In this document: one piece after another, positions 19,138-33,466 of the stretch
How positions within the stretch are numbered: the first letter of the stretch is position 1
Layout: the number at the start of each line of letters is the position of its first letter
Assembly (NCBI RefSeq): GCF_009914755.1
Contig: NC_060931.1
Source of the DNA: the human T2T-CHM13v2.0 reference genome, Homo sapiens
Length of the DNA: 64,000 bases
Reading direction: 5' to 3' (one strand)
Notes under the pieces: model-generated
Seen by the model: the letters and a program-made list of their open reading frames with translations, nothing else
Databases searched by the model: none
What the model was told of the DNA's origin: nothing
Position numbers and translations under genes: made by a program

Positions 19138-19304
19138 AGCTGGACATGGTGCTCCATGCCTGTTGTCATTGCTAATTGGGAGACTGAGACAGGAGGGTTG
19201 CTTGGGCCCAGGAAGCCAAGGCTGCCATGAGCTATGATGGCACCACTGCACTCCAGCCTGGGCAACAGAGCAAGACCAACTCTCAAACAAACAAAGCAAC
19301 AAAA
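19138..19304 (+). mobile_element. Alu right monomer (FRAM/AluJ fragment)
   Basis: Single monomer with A-rich tail. Confidence 0.8.
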
Positions 19305-19407
19305 GTATTCATGTTCTAGTGAGGAGTAGCCAATCAACGCTGCTTGGATCTCTGCTACTTGGTCATTCCAGATCAATCAGGGTGCTGCGAATACAGACAC
19401 TGTAAAT

Positions 19408-19948
19408 CAGGGGGCCCCAAACCCTGGGCCATGGATCAGTCTGATACTGGCCCACAGCCTGTTAGGAACTGGGCCACACAGCAGGAGGTGAGCAGCGAGT
19501 GTGTGAGCGAAGCTTCATCTGTATTTACGGCCACTCCGCATTGCTGGCATGACCACCTGAGCTCAGCCTCCTGTCAGATCAGTGGCGGCATTAGATTCTC
19601 ATAGGTGTGCAAACCCTACTGTGAACTGCGCATACGAGGGATCTAGGTTGCGAGCTGCTTATGACAATCTATTGTCTGATGATCTGTCACTGTCTCCCAT
19701 CACCCCCAGATGGAGCTGTCTCATAGCAGGCAAACAAGCTCAGGACTCCCACTGATTCTACATGATGGTGAGTTGTATAATTATTTTATTATATGCTGCA
19801 ATGTAATAATAATAGCAATAAAGCAATAAAGTGCATGATAAATGTAATGCATTTGGATCACTGCAAAACCATACCCCCATCCCCAGGTCCATGAAAAATT
19901 GTCTTCCATGAAACCAGTCCCTGGTGCCAAAAATGTTGGGGGCTGCTG
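19408..19948 (+). mobile_element. MER1A hAT-Charlie DNA transposon
   Basis: CAGGGGGCCCCAAACC...GGTGCCAAAAATGTTGGGGGCTGCTG; 8-bp TSD-like CTGTAAAT/CTATAAAA. Confidence 0.85.
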
Positions 19949-20029
19949 CTATAAAACACATGAAGAAATCTGTGACAGTAGGCAAGGGTGGCTAGTGTGG
20001 ACAGGAACTTGGAAGAAGCAAGACCAGGA

Positions 20030-21380
20030 TGTTAATGACAAGGCAGTTTAGTGAAGAATTATACTGGATAGAACCTTGACATTGGACCAGAGTACGGGAA
20101 TATTTGACTCCAGTGTAAATAGTCACCAAAAGGCCCCATCGTTAAGGAACCTCTTAATAGTCAGGTAGTTAGATTGACCCTTTTTTCCGTACTAGTCACC
20201 CTGCTCTACAAATACCCAAGTACTTATGTTAGAATCCAGTGGAAAACATGGCAACTCCGGTACTATGTTTGGAGGTTCAGAATAGGCCCAGCAACATGGA
20301 CTTCCTCTCACCAAGGCCCTCCTGTCACCTGTTGTCACTGTAGATTGACCAGTAGGCTGACATCAGCAGCCAACCTTGGATATGAGCAGGGCTGCTATCA
20401 TAACACGCCTCCAGGAGGTCATCCAGCTACCTGGTGGCAGGTGAATGACACTGGGTCCTTCCTGTTATGGAGGGCTCTGTAATTTGTCCTTGTTGGAGCA
20501 GACCTTTATTCTGGATTTCATTTTCCTTCTGCTTCCTGGCCTGTCAGACCTCTGCTAGCACTGTCATCCGTCAAGTTACTGAATGCATTATTCACTGTCT
20601 CATACAACATTGCTTCTGACCAAAGAATGTACTCCCCAGGCAGAGAAGAAAGGCAATGAGCTGAGGCCCATGAAATCCACTCTGATCATGAATCCTATCA
20701 CCCAGAAGCATCTGACTTTACAGATTGGCAGAACGGCTCACTGATGGCTCAATTACAGTGCCAGCTGGAAGGCGATACCTCCAAGATTGGGTGCTATCTT
20801 GCAGGAGGCTGTGTGCTGGGGTCCCGGGGAGGGTCTTTGTCCCCCCTTAGCTAGAACACATGGATCTAATACCAAGGATAGGGGAGTGGAGTGAGAAGGG
20901 CATTGCTTGTCAACTTTCCTAAAGACCTGCTTATAAATGGTTTATCTCCTATACCCATGATTCTGACTCTTGCAGGAGAGGGAGTGGAGTTGGAAGCTGA
21001 GACCTCCACCCAGATATTTCCTGCTGTTCATTTTACTAAGAAAAGAGAGGTTACTATGTTGGTTGGGATGATTACCTAAATTATCACAGGGAAATTAGGC
21101 TGCTATTACACAATAGGGAGTAGGAAAAATACAGACGGAACTCAGGGGATCCCTGGAATAGTCATACCACTATGACTTGATATAAAGGTTAACGGAAGAC
21201 CACAGAAACCCTGCACTGGCAGGCAGGTGCACTGAGAGGTCAGCACCCTCCAGATGAAGACTGGGCTTTCCTAACCTGCCTGGGAGCTCCGCCATTCCAT
21301 CAGCTGACATCCTGGGGAAAAGGCAAGGGAAAGCTGGAAGAGAGGTGTCGCCAACACCAGCTATGGCCTCATGGATACTT
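20030..21380 (+). mobile_element. Decayed ERVL/MaLR internal (pol/integrase-region) remnant
   Basis: GGCCCAGCAACATGGACTTCCTCTCACCAAGGC and CCAGCTACCTGGTGGCAGGT (PATWWQV) motifs; no intact ORF. Confidence 0.6.
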
Positions 21381-22387
21381 CATTCATTCATTCGTTTGAC
21401 AAGTATTTATTGAGTATCTCCTATATGCCTAGCACTGTCTTGGCACAAAGGACAAAGCAATGAATGAAACAGACCAAGTTCCCTTTTTTTGTGGAGTTTG
21501 TGTTTTAATGGAGAGGCAGATCCTAGACCATATCAATACATAAAGTATCTATTTTGCTAGAAGGCGATGACAGGTTCAGGGGAAAATAAAGGGAGAGAAG
21601 GAGAATCAGGTGTCAGAGGATGCTTGTGATATTAAACTGTGTGGTCAGGGAGGCCTCCCTGAGAGGTGACATTTGAATGAAGATATAAAAGATGTGAGGG
21701 AGCAGGCTGTGTGGGTGTTTCCAAGCAGAGGGACAGCCAGTGCATACATCCTGCGGTGGGGAAATGCCAGCCTCTTGTGTTTGAGGATTAATACAGAGGC
21801 CAGGCTAGCTGGTGAAGAGTGAGTGAGGGGGATACAGCTGGGGACACCAGATCAGTAAGTCATGGGCACCACTTCCCAGGGACTCTGCTTTCATGGGAAG
21901 GAGTTTGATTTCTAGTGGCAGAGTGCTGGGGTTAGGGCAGGATGGTGTGTATTGATCTGACAACACTATATCAGTTTCACTCTGGCTGCAGTGTTGAAAC
22001 AGACAGTAGTGGGGCAGGAAAAGCAGAAGGCATGAATTAGCAGGCTACATCGGCAACCCCAGATCAGCCAGCAGTGTTTGCATCAGGGCTGTAACGGTAA
22101 AGAGGTGTAGAGCTGTTGGATCCTGGATTTATTTTGAAAGTAAAACCCAGCACTTTGGGAGGCTGAGGCGGGCGGATCACGAGGTCAAGAGATTGAGACC
22201 ATCCTGGCCAACATGGCGAAACACTGTCTCTACTAAAAAAACAAACAAACAAACAAATTAGCTGGGCATGGTCGCATGCGCCTGTGATCCCAGCTACTCA
22301 TGAGGCTGAGGCAGGAGAATCTCTTGAACCTGGGAGGCGGAGGTTGCAGTGAGCCGAGATCGCTGGAGATAGAGTGAGGCTCCGTCT

Positions 22388-22423
<36 letters not shown>

Positions 22424-22610
22424 AAACCAATGATACTTGCTGAAAAAATTTGACATACCATGAGAACAAGAGGGGTCGGGGTGTCCCCAGGGTTTCTGGA
22501 CTAAGCCACAGTGATGGGGGAGAGGGTGCAGGTTTTAGGGGGAGACTAGGAACGCATGTTGGGTATGTGAAAAGGTAGACATACAGGTAGAGACAGAGAG
22601 GGGCTGGTGG
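21380..22610 (-). mobile_element. L2a 3' region, interrupted by an Alu
   Basis: TTCATTCATTCA...AAGTATTTATTGAGTATCTCCTATATGCC L2 terminus. Confidence 0.75.
22146..22419 (+). mobile_element. AluSc-like, 5'-truncated with a small internal deletion
   Basis: GAGGTCAAGAGATTGAGACCATCC; long polyA. Confidence 0.9.
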
Positions 22611-22871
22611 TTATAAACAAGGTGTGTGGTTTATGTCAGGTATGCATTTTTGGATTTTAATGATCCCTTTGTCTCACACTAGGCTGGATGGGTCATAGTT
22701 AAATTAGCCATTTACTTCAGAAACTGCAGAATATCCAGGTGAGCTCACGCAAAAAGTGGAGGGGAAGGAAGAGATTCTGGATGTGGAGTGGGAGGCGTGA
22801 TTGATAATTTAATTTGCTCTTTTTGGTGAAGAGGTGGGAGTATTTTCAGTAGTACCTGGAATATTGCATTA

Positions 22872-23270
<399 letters not shown>

Positions 23271-24673
23271 TCAGCACCCATTCCGCTTTCCTTTGTGCTT
23301 CCTTCTCAGGGACTGCCTTGATAAGTTACGAACCTCAGGTTTCTCTTCTGTGTAATGAGGATAACGATTGTGCCGGGTGCCACACCCCAGATCTGCTAAC
23401 TCCAGCTCTGGGACCCTTGAACTAGCTTCTCAATCTGCCTCTTGAACATGGGGATTGCGATCCTCGGGTAAGATTCAGTCTGCAGCCCACCCAACCATGG
23501 TCTAGGCATGGAGCATTTATCTGGCTTCCCATTTGCCCTGGACCTAATTCATCCTTTAGATCTCCCAAAGGACAAAGCTCTCCATCCTGAACAGACTCTA
23601 GTTGACTGTGATCTTGCCCTTTCATCCTAGTTCCAATTAAGCATTTCCACCCAACTGACATAGTACGAAACCCTGGCTCTGCTATCCTTTGTTGGAATTC
23701 ACTCGCTTGGAAGGGTCTCAAAGGATTAGGGTGAATGGAAACAGGGAGACAAAAGTGTATGCCAGGAAAGAGTCAGGCTTGGCAGAGAAATCCGGGTCTA
23801 TCATGAACACAAAGTAAGCCTGAACTGGTTGTCAGGAGCCATTGGATGGCCAAAGGGATCAGAGATCGGGGGACAGTGGATTTGGAGATCCCCAGGATAA
23901 CAGGTTCCTGGGAAAGCGATGAGGATGTATGCCAGAAGCAGAGGGAGGAGAGACTGCTCCTGGCTGGCCTTCTTGTTGCTCTCTAATGGTGAGTTTCATG
24001 CTGTGTCAAGGCCTGGAAGCCACACAGCCCCTGCTCAGCTATTTCAGATACTGTCACCTCGACTGTAATTAGCCACAGTCTTTGTACATGGAACTTTGGA
24101 ATCTTGGCACCTGCTGCCAATGGGACCAGTTTCTCCCTGTCCCAGTGTTATTCTGGCCATAGCTCAGTGCCACATTTACTGTCCCCTCCCTTCCCACCTT
24201 GGAAATGAACCATTGCTGTCAATTTCCTGTCCAGAGTGACTTTCAGAGACGCACCGAGGAGCATTTTATTGAAGTTGGGAAATTGGAAAGCATCTCAATT
24301 TCTCTTGCACCAAGATTTTATTATTTCCTTTGAAGTGAAATTTCAAATACACCAGAGAAGTCTACGCTCAAATGGAGGTATGAAAATGCATGTAAAAATC
24401 AAAGAGAAGAGGATTTTGGTTGTCTCCTATTTTGTATCCTGCCTGTCCTTGCTTGCCTACCTTGCATTTATTAATGAAGAGATCACCTCTGCACATCCAC
24501 AAGCAGATAACCACACACTGCTTCAAAATCCCAGGGGAAAAAAAAATATTCTAAGATGTTTAAAGTCTTATTTCAGACACTCATTTTTGCTATTTTTACT
24601 TTGGAGACAGTCATCACCCTAATAAAAATACTGCTTATTTCTGTATGTTCTATGAAAGTATGTGTTACATTAA

Positions 24674-25040
24674 TAATATAGTTTGACATGTCCCCACCCA
24701 AATCTCATCTTGACTTGTAGTTCCCATAATCCCCACATGTGGTGGGAGGGACCTGGTGGGAGGTAACCGAACCCTGGGGGTGGCTACCTCCATGCTGTTC
24801 TCATGATAGTGAGTTCTCATGAGAGCTGATGGTTTTATATGGGCCTTTCCATCAGCTTCACTCTGCATTTCTCCTTCCTGCCGCCATGTGGAGGATATGT
24901 TGGCTTCCCCTTCCACCATGATTATAAGTTTCCTGAGGCCTCCCAGCCCTGTGGAACCGTGAGTCAATTAAATCTCTTTCCTTTATAAATTACCCAGTCT
25001 TGGGTATGACTTCATAGCAGTGTGAGAATGAACTAATACA
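24674..25040 (+). mobile_element. THE1 (B/C) MaLR solo LTR
   Basis: CCCCACCCAAATCTCATCTTG...ACTAATACA; TSD ATTAA. Confidence 0.9.
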
Positions 25041-25110
25041 ATTAATAATCCAATATAACAACGTATTTTAATCACATATTACAGGCTTCAGATACATAGA
25101 ATTAAATAAG

Positions 25111-25412
25111 TTTTTTTTTTTTTTTTTTTTTTTGAGACGGAGTCTCACTCTGTCGCCAGGCTGTAGTACAGTGGCACTATCTTGGCTCACTGCAACCTCC
25201 GCCTCCTGGGTTCAAGTGATTCTTCTGTCTCAGCCTCCCGAGAAGCTGCGACTACAGGCATGCGCCACCACACCCAACTAATTTTTGTGTTTTTAGTAGA
25301 GACGGGGTTTCATCATGTTGGCCAGGATGGTCTCAATCTCTTGACCTCATGATCTGCCCACCTCGGCCTCCCAAAGTGCTGGGATTACAGGTGTGAGCCA
25401 CTGTGCCTGGCC
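25111..25412 (-). mobile_element. AluSc-like
   Basis: poly(T), GTCGCCAGGCT, GGATGGTCTCAATCTCTTGACC. Confidence 0.93.
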
Positions 25413-25624
25413 AAAATAAATATTTTTTTAAAAAATGACCTTGGACTTGGACTTGGAAGTGACATTATAGGTTATCAAATTTTACCTTCTACCTAAGAAT
25501 CCTTCTGTGGCTCTTGTGACAAATGTGGATCCTTTTGAGGGAAAAACTAGTGGTCAGATAGAGCCTTCATTTGCCCTTATCAACCTTCTGGATCTAGATA
25601 CAGGTCCCATCTGTAAAAAAAAAT

Positions 25625-25910
25625 TATTAGAGATTAGGTCTTATTCTGTCACCCAGGCTGGAGCACAATGGCATGATCATAGCTCACTATAGCCTTGGTC
25701 TCTTAGGCTCAAGTAATCCTTCTGCCTCAGTCTCCTGAGTAGCTGGGACCACAGGTGCATGCCACCTCTCCAGCTATTTTTTTTTTTAATTATTTTTGTA
25801 GAGACAAGGGTCTCACTATGTTGCCCAAGCTACTCTTGAACTCTTGGTCTTAATTGATCCCCTGGCTCAGCCTCCCCTGGAGTTACAAATGTGAGCCGCC
25901 ACATCCAGCC
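25625..25910 (-). mobile_element. AluJ
   Basis: Diverged reverse Alu. Confidence 0.85.
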
Positions 25911-27086
25911 AGTAAATGTCTTTTTCACTGGGTAAACACAAAGGCATTCCCTTGCATTGGTCTTCTCTAGCCCTTTACTGCCTGCTACACAGGGGAGTCA
26001 AGGTCGATCCAAGTCTGATCAAGATAGAATGTCACTCAACAGCCTCTGTCTCAATGTTCAGTGGGACTTGGGACAAAATCCCCTGAACTTCAACCTAGGA
26101 TGAAGTGAGTTCTTGTTACCTGAATAGCCTGGAAGCCATGGCTGCTTCTACCCACCTGCCCTGCCCAGCAATAGCTGGCCAAAGCTCCTGCCTCTGCCTT
26201 GAATCGCACTCTATTCCCCCAGTTTCCCTACCTTGTGCCTCCATCTTTGCCTGGGGTTCACGCCTTCCCCTGAATTCCAACCCACTGACACGAGATCTTG
26301 ATACCTACTTGGCGCTTAGAGTCTTTGTATTGCCCAATCCTGGTCCATTCCTGGAAGTTTGCTGAATCTTGCAGTAAACGGGGAGAACTCACCTAATTTA
26401 GAACAACTCCACGGTTGTTCAATGAACATTATGCCTTCCTCTCCTGGACGCTGCTACAGATGTTTCTGGTGCAGGTATTTTTGTCAGCCATACCTGAACC
26501 TACAATCACCTTCAAATACCATGTCTCAAACATCTACCACTGAATCAGTCTCTGCAACCTCTCCTCTGCAGTCTAGTGATCAGTGTGAACTGGGTCCTCC
26601 TGTCTATGGACCCTCTGTGGTCCTCTGTGCCAAGTCTGCCTTGCACAAACATGATGCTTTTCAGATATTTGGAGGCAAAATTCCAACCCAACCTCATCAG
26701 TAACTATCTAGTACTTGCCCCAGATATCGGCATTAAATATATCTCATGTTCCATCAACATACACCCAGACAGTCATCACTTGACGATCACATGAAGGGCT
26801 CACTCCTAGCTCTTTCCAGGACTAATCCCAGCCTTTGCTCTGATGGAGTGGGAACTATTCATTCTCCAGCAGAGACATTGCAAGCAAGTGCTTATTTGAG
26901 GCCTTTGGCAAGGATAACTGGCCCTCTTTCTAGCTCATTTGTTGCTATCAAATTCCTGACTCAGCCCACTTGTCATCGCCTCTTGACAAGTCAGCATTTC
27001 AGAGCTGGGTTTGTTTCTCTTCCCTCGCAAGCAGTAAACACCATCCTATGCAAGAAATGAAGCTACCCTTCAATGCAAGAACCAGG

Positions 27087-27633
27087 TGTGATGGTGACTA
27101 TTGAGTGTCAACTTGATTGGATTAAAGATGCAAAGTATTGTTCCTGGGTGTGTCTGTGAGGGAGTTGCCAAAGGAAGTTAACATTTGAGTCGGTGGACTG
27201 GGAGAGGCAGATCTCCCCTCAATCTGGGTGGGCACCATCTAATCAGCTTCCAGCATGGCTAGAATAAAGGAGGCAGAAGAACGTGGAAAGACTTGACTTG
27301 CTGAGTCTTCTGACCCTCATCTTCCCTTGTGCTGGATGCTTCCTGTCCTTGAACATTAGACTCCAAGTTCTTCAGCTTTTGGACTCTTGGACTGACACCA
27401 GTGGTTTGCCAGGGGCTCTTGGGCCTTTGGCCACAGACTGAAGTCTGCACTGTCAGCTTCCCTACTTTTGAGATTTTGGGACTTGGACTGGCTTCCTTGT
27501 TCCTCAGCTTGCAGATAGCCTATTGTGGGACCTCGTCTTGTGATCAGGTGAGTCAATACTTTTTAGTAAACTCCCCTTTGTATACACATCTGTCCTATTA
27601 GTTCTGTCCCTTTAGAGAACCCTGGCTAATACA
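27087..27633 (+). mobile_element. MLT2A (ERVL) solo LTR
   Basis: TGTGATGG...GAGTGTCAACTTGATTGG...GAGAACCCTGGCTAATACA; TSD C(C/T)AGG. Confidence 0.88.
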
Positions 27634-28819
27634 CTAGGGTTCTTTGGTCCCCTAGTAAGTACATCCAGCTCAAATAAAATTAGTGAAAAAATGGCAGGGG
27701 AAAACTTCAAAATCCTTAGTCACTGAAAATGATGCAAATAATGCTTTTCCTTTAGATAAAGCAGTTTAGGTGGCAAAATGTCAGGAAATTGCACAAGGTC
27801 TTCTCCAACTCTAATGCTAGAGGAATTATGATGTTCTTGGGGGAGGTGAAGAGTTTATGTTCATTTTTTTAAAAGAAAACTACAATTAAAGTCCTCAGGG
27901 AGTCAACATTTTTCACATTCTCCGCAGCAGGCATATTTTACTAAAAGAGAACTAGAACTCGGCTGTCAGCTGAATTAATATACAGGCTGAGAAGCTCAGG
28001 TTCACTAAGCTATATGTGATAAACTGGTCCTGTGGGGTCCGGAGACCAACAGGGTATATTTCAGGGAAATAGAAGCCATTAAACACCATCATCTCAGTGT
28101 CTTGTACGTCTTATGTACAAAGGCACTCATAATTAAAATTAGCCATTAGCTTGTAAATAAAATGCTTTCAAAGCAAAAGTGTTATGTTATTATCTCTATC
28201 CTACCCGGTTTATCTGCCTGGCCTCTATTTGTGATAATATTTCCATCTTTATTTCCATCTAATAGGTCTCCTTTAATCTAATCAGCACTGGTTTGATTTA
28301 ATGGAGAGCTATGGAAAAGCCAGGTAAAATGATAGAATGAAAAACATCTACTCAAAACTCTCCAGGGCTAAATGTTGTCTCCAGCACAAAGATCATACTT
28401 GAAGGCTAGTATTTAACATGCTCCATGACCTGGATCTAACCAGGATTTCCAACCCCTTTCCATGACTTGTACTTTGAGGCATTTATCATTTTATCAGCCT
28501 GCACTCTTCTTCCTTTCCGATGGGAAACTGGCTCCAAATTTTATCTCACCACCCCTCCCATTACTTCCAACAAATGTCCCTTCCCCAAGACCAAACATGT
28601 GGTTTTAGAATTGACATTCATGTTCTTGCGAGTTCCATGTTTTTACAGGTTCCCTCCTCTCTGCTCATAGCTGGTGGTCTGAGATGGGCTACCAGTCTGG
28701 ACAGGATTGCAGAACCGAAACCAGCATTCAAGTTCCTCCTTGGTGGCAAATCTGGAAGATATGCTAACAGGAGAGCCAGTGCCTTGTTTCCTGCCAGGAA
28801 GCGATAGACACTCTTAAGA

Positions 28820-29346
28820 CAGCGGCCCCCAACCTTTTTGGCACCAGGTACCGGTTTCATGGAAGACAATTTTTCCACGGACTGGGGGTTGGGGGTGGTT
28901 TTGGGATGATTCAAGCACATTACATTCATTACGCACTTTACTTCTATACTACTACATCGTAATATATAATAAAATAATTCTACAACTCACCATTATGTAG
29001 AATCAGTGGGAGCCCTGAGCTTGCTTTCTTGCAACAAGAAAGTCCCATCTGAAGGTGATGGGAGACATGACAGATTATGATGCGTTAGATTCTCACAAGG
29101 AGCGCACAACCTAGATCCCTCGCATGCGCAGTTCACAATAGGGTTCGTGCTCCTATGAGACTCTAACGCCGCCGCTGATCTGACAGGAGGCGGAGTCCAG
29201 GCGGGAATGTGGGTGACGAGTAGCAGCTGTAAATACAGAGGAAGCTTTGCTCCCTGACCTGTCACTCACCTCTTGCTGCATGGCACACACTTCCTAACAG
29301 ACCACAGACGGATACAGGCCCGTGGCCCAAGGGTTGGGGACTCCTG
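28820..29346 (-). mobile_element. MER1A DNA transposon
   Basis: CAGCGGCCCCCAACCTTTTTGGCACC...GGTTGGGGACTCCTG. Confidence 0.88.
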
Positions 29347-29755
29347 GTCTAAGAGACTGAAAATAACAAACTGAGAAAATCAAAGATAAGGGGTGGTGAG
29401 ACTGAGTCCTGGAGATTTTCAAGCCACTTGTCTCATTTGTCATTGGAACTAGCTATGCCTGTCACAATTTTGTGAGCCTTCCTATTAATTTCCATTTTTA
29501 CCTAAGCTATGGCAAGATGATGTTTCTGTCACTGGCATTCAGAGTAATTTCAGTGAACACATACGGTATGTGCTCTTTCACCCATCGGCTTGCTTTTGTA
29601 GATGCTATTTCCTTTCTGGGAATTCATTTCCTCATCTCTGATCCGCCTTCTTTTCAACATTGAGTTTACATGCCAAAGCCTTCATTAAAAATGGTAACCA
29701 GTATTCCCAGCTAAAGTGGCTATGCTGTCTTCTGTTCTATAGCACACACTTTTAA

Positions 29756-30080
<325 letters not shown>

Positions 30081-30082
30081 AA

Positions 30083-30085
30083 TTT

Positions 30086-30140
<55 letters not shown>

Positions 30141-30428
30141 TTTTAAGACAGAGTCTCGCTCTGTCACCCAGGCTGGAGTGCAGTGGTGCAGTCTCAGCTC
30201 ACTGAAACCTCTCCCTCTCAGGTTTAGCAATTATCCTGCCTCAGCCTCCAGAGTAGCTGGAATTACAGGCATGTGCCACCACACCCAGCTGATTTCTGTA
30301 TTTTTTCAGTAGAGATGGGGTTTCACCATGTTGCCCAGGCTGGTCTCCAACTCCTGGACTTGAATGATCTTTTCACCTTGGCCTCCCAAAGTGCTGGGAT
30401 TACAAGCATGAGCCACTGCACCCGGCCC
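30083..30428 (-). mobile_element. AluS, tandem to previous
   Basis: Reverse Alu with (TTTA)n tail. Confidence 0.92.
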
Positions 30429-30704
30429 ACACTGCTTCTTGATGGCAGTCATATTTTCCCTTCTGGTAAAGCTATATATGTACTTGTCTGATCTTATCTC
30501 TGATCTCCCAGTAATGGTAGGGTTTCATAAGGACAGGGATTGTGTGATCATTGGTTTACTTCATCTCCCGTATGGGACTGTCATGTGAAAAGGAACATTC
30601 ACTTCACTTTCTTTTGAGTTTCTCCTAGTTCCTCTGAGCACTGGGAGCAGAGTTCTGGAAGTAGTTACATATCTTAATCAGCAAATTTTATCTAACAATG
30701 CTGT

Positions 30705-31138
30705 CCCCTCCCCTCCCCTTTCCTCCCCTCCCCTCCTCTTCCGTCCCCTCCCCTCCCCTCCTCTCCCCTCCTTTCTTCTCCTCTCTTCTCTCCTCTTCTC
30801 TCCTCTCCTCTCCTCTCCTCTCCTCTCCTCTCCTCTCCTCTTCTCTTTTTGAGACAAGATCTTGCTCTGATGCCCAGGCTGAAAGGCAGTGGCTCAATCA
30901 TAGCTGACTGAAGCCTTGACTTCCTGGACTCAAAGAATTCTTCCACTTCAGTCTCCCAGGTAGCTGGGACTACAGGCATGCGTCACCATGCCCAGCTGAT
31001 TTTTGCTTTAATTTTTTTGTAGAGATGAGGGTCTCACTATGTTGCCCAGGATGGTCTCAAACTCCTGGCTTCACGTCATCCTCCCACCTCACCCTTTCAA
31101 CACATTGGGATTACAGGCATGACAGACTACACCTGGCC
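30705..31138 (-). mobile_element. AluJ with expanded CT-rich tail (30705-30850)
   Basis: (CTCCT)n followed by reverse AluJ. Confidence 0.85.
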
Positions 31139-31590
31139 ACAACAGTCCTGTAAGCCTGAGTTTAGAGTTTAGTTTGGGCCCTTGGGATAGGCACTTTTAC
31201 CCACATCGAGGTTGCTTGATAGACAACCTCTCTTTTCAGGGATGTAAATACATCATTTCTCAACATGATGCAAAAACATCATTTCTGCAAAGGGGCAATA
31301 CCCTTGGGGACTTCCCTTTAGTTTGAGCCACTGTGAGGTCATGGAATGATGTTGCTGGAAAGCCAGGAAAATGGTACTCCTCACTGAATTTTGAGCCAGA
31401 ATCAGAACACATCAGCCTCAGGATATGGAAACTAATGAAACCAATATCCTGCAACTTACAGAAGGTGCTACCTTAAGGGATCATCAGCACTCCACAGCCT
31501 GAAAGATCAGTGGTGCAAATTAAACAACTTCCATAGTTCTACTCATACGATTACTTCCTCTTGGAATAGCCCATTACTTCTCTTTTTCCT

Positions 31591-31968
31591 TGATGTGGTT
31601 TGGCTGTGTCCCCACTCAAAAGTCATCTTGAATTGTAGCTCCCATAATTCCTATGTGTTGTGGGAGGGACCTGGTGGAAGATAATTGAATTGTGGGGGTA
31701 TTTCCCCCACAATATGGGTTTTTCCCATATTGTTCTCATGGTAATGAATAAGTCTCACGAGATGTGGCGGTTATATAAGGGGAAACCCCTTTTGCTTTGT
31801 TCTCATTCTCTCTTGTCTGCCACCATGTAAGACGTGCCTTTTGCCTGCTGCCATTATTGTGAGGCCTCCCAGCCACGTGGAACTGTGAGTCCATTAAACT
31901 TCTTTTTCTTTATAAATTACCCAGTCTCAGGTATGTCTTTATTAGCAGCATGAAAACGGATTCATACA
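31591..31968 (+). mobile_element. THE1B-like solo LTR
   Basis: TGATGTGGTTTGGCTGTGTCCCC...AATTACCCAGTCTCAGGTATGTC...ATACA. Confidence 0.9.
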
Positions 31969-33466
31969 CTCCCTGACTATTGAATCTTTCTTATCTTTCA
32001 GGGTATTCCTCAAAACCCAAGTCTCTCTTAAGCATTGCCTCTGCCCACACCATTGGAATTATTTCCACCCTCTTCCACCCCTCTGCTATAGTTCCTCTGA
32101 TCCTCTCTTGTAGCTCTCCACATATTGTTTTGTTTTATAATTGTCCTACCCAAGTCTGTCTTCCCAATCAATGCACAGGCTGGAGTTGGTTCTTTTTGGT
32201 GTCCTATTTCCCTGAATAGAGCCTGGCACAGATTAGGTGCTCAGTCAATATTTACTGTAAGCATCATCCCATAATTAGATAGTGACAACAGGAAATATTT
32301 ATCTTCTTGCATCTAGGTGAGACTGAACCTGATTAAGCAAAGCAGATCAGTGTCCAGGAAACTCCTGTGGCATTCCAACGGAGGAAAAATTCATAACTTA
32401 TCTCAGCAAACACTTATAACACTGCTGTGGTTTGTTCAGTGATGATAAATATCTTTGCCTTGTCATTTCATCTTTCATCTGCTGTTTGTTCCACTTTCCT
32501 GGAACAAAATCCTTGAGCATGAAGATACTGTTACCTTTCTTTATAACCTTCACCGAGGGTAGCATAAGATAATGAAGATAGTGGACAAGTCATAAATGAT
32601 TGATTAATTGATTGACTCAGTTAATAAACATTTTCTCAGCTTTATGTATCTGCCTGCTGCAGGTATATAAGCCACAATACTTTTAAGGGCTCTCAGTTCA
32701 GTTGGAGAGACATTGCATTTCATTATAGTGTGTTATTGATGAATCTGAGTTACCAAGCCAATAGGAGAACAAAACAAGAGGTATGAAAATGTGCTCGACA
32801 TCATTGATCATCAGAGAAATGCAAATCAAAACTACAGTAAGATACCATCTCTACCACAGTTAAAATGGCTTTTATCCAAAAGACAGGCAATGACAAATGT
32901 TGGTTAGGATGGGGAGAAAAGGGAACCCTCATACACTGTTAGAATGTAAATTAGTACAGCCACTTCGGAGAAGAGTTTGAAGGTTCCTAAAAAAACCAAA
33001 AGTCAAGCTACAGTATGATCCTGCAATCCTACTCCTAGATATATACCAAAAAGAAAGAAAATCAGTATAGTAAAGAGATATCTGCACTCCCTTGTTTATT
33101 GCAACACTGTTCACAATAACCAAGATTAGGAAGCAACCTAAGTGCCCATCAACAGATAAATGCATAAAGAAAATGTGGTACATATAGGCAATGGAGCACT
33201 ATTCAGCCATGAAAAAGAATGAGATCCTGTCATTTGCAACAACATGGATGGAACTGAAGGTCACTATGTTAAGTGAAAATAGTCAGGCACAAAAAGACAA
33301 ACTTTGCATGTTCTCACTTATTTGTGGGATCCAAAAATTAAAACAATTGAACTCATGGAGATAGAGTAGCAGGATGGTTACCAGTGGCTGGAAAGTGGGG
33401 GATGGCAGGTGGGGAGGGAATGGAGATGGCTAATAGGTACAGCAAAATAGTTAGAAAGAATAAATA

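Noticed and set aside
20030-21380. Possible domesticated retroviral gene
   Set aside because: Only short integrase-like motifs; frame is broken, so it is a decayed ERVL remnant.
26100-27080. Cluster of 70-114 aa ORFs in apparently unique sequence
   Set aside because: No recognisable domain, splice pattern or processed-pseudogene hallmarks; lengths are within random expectation.
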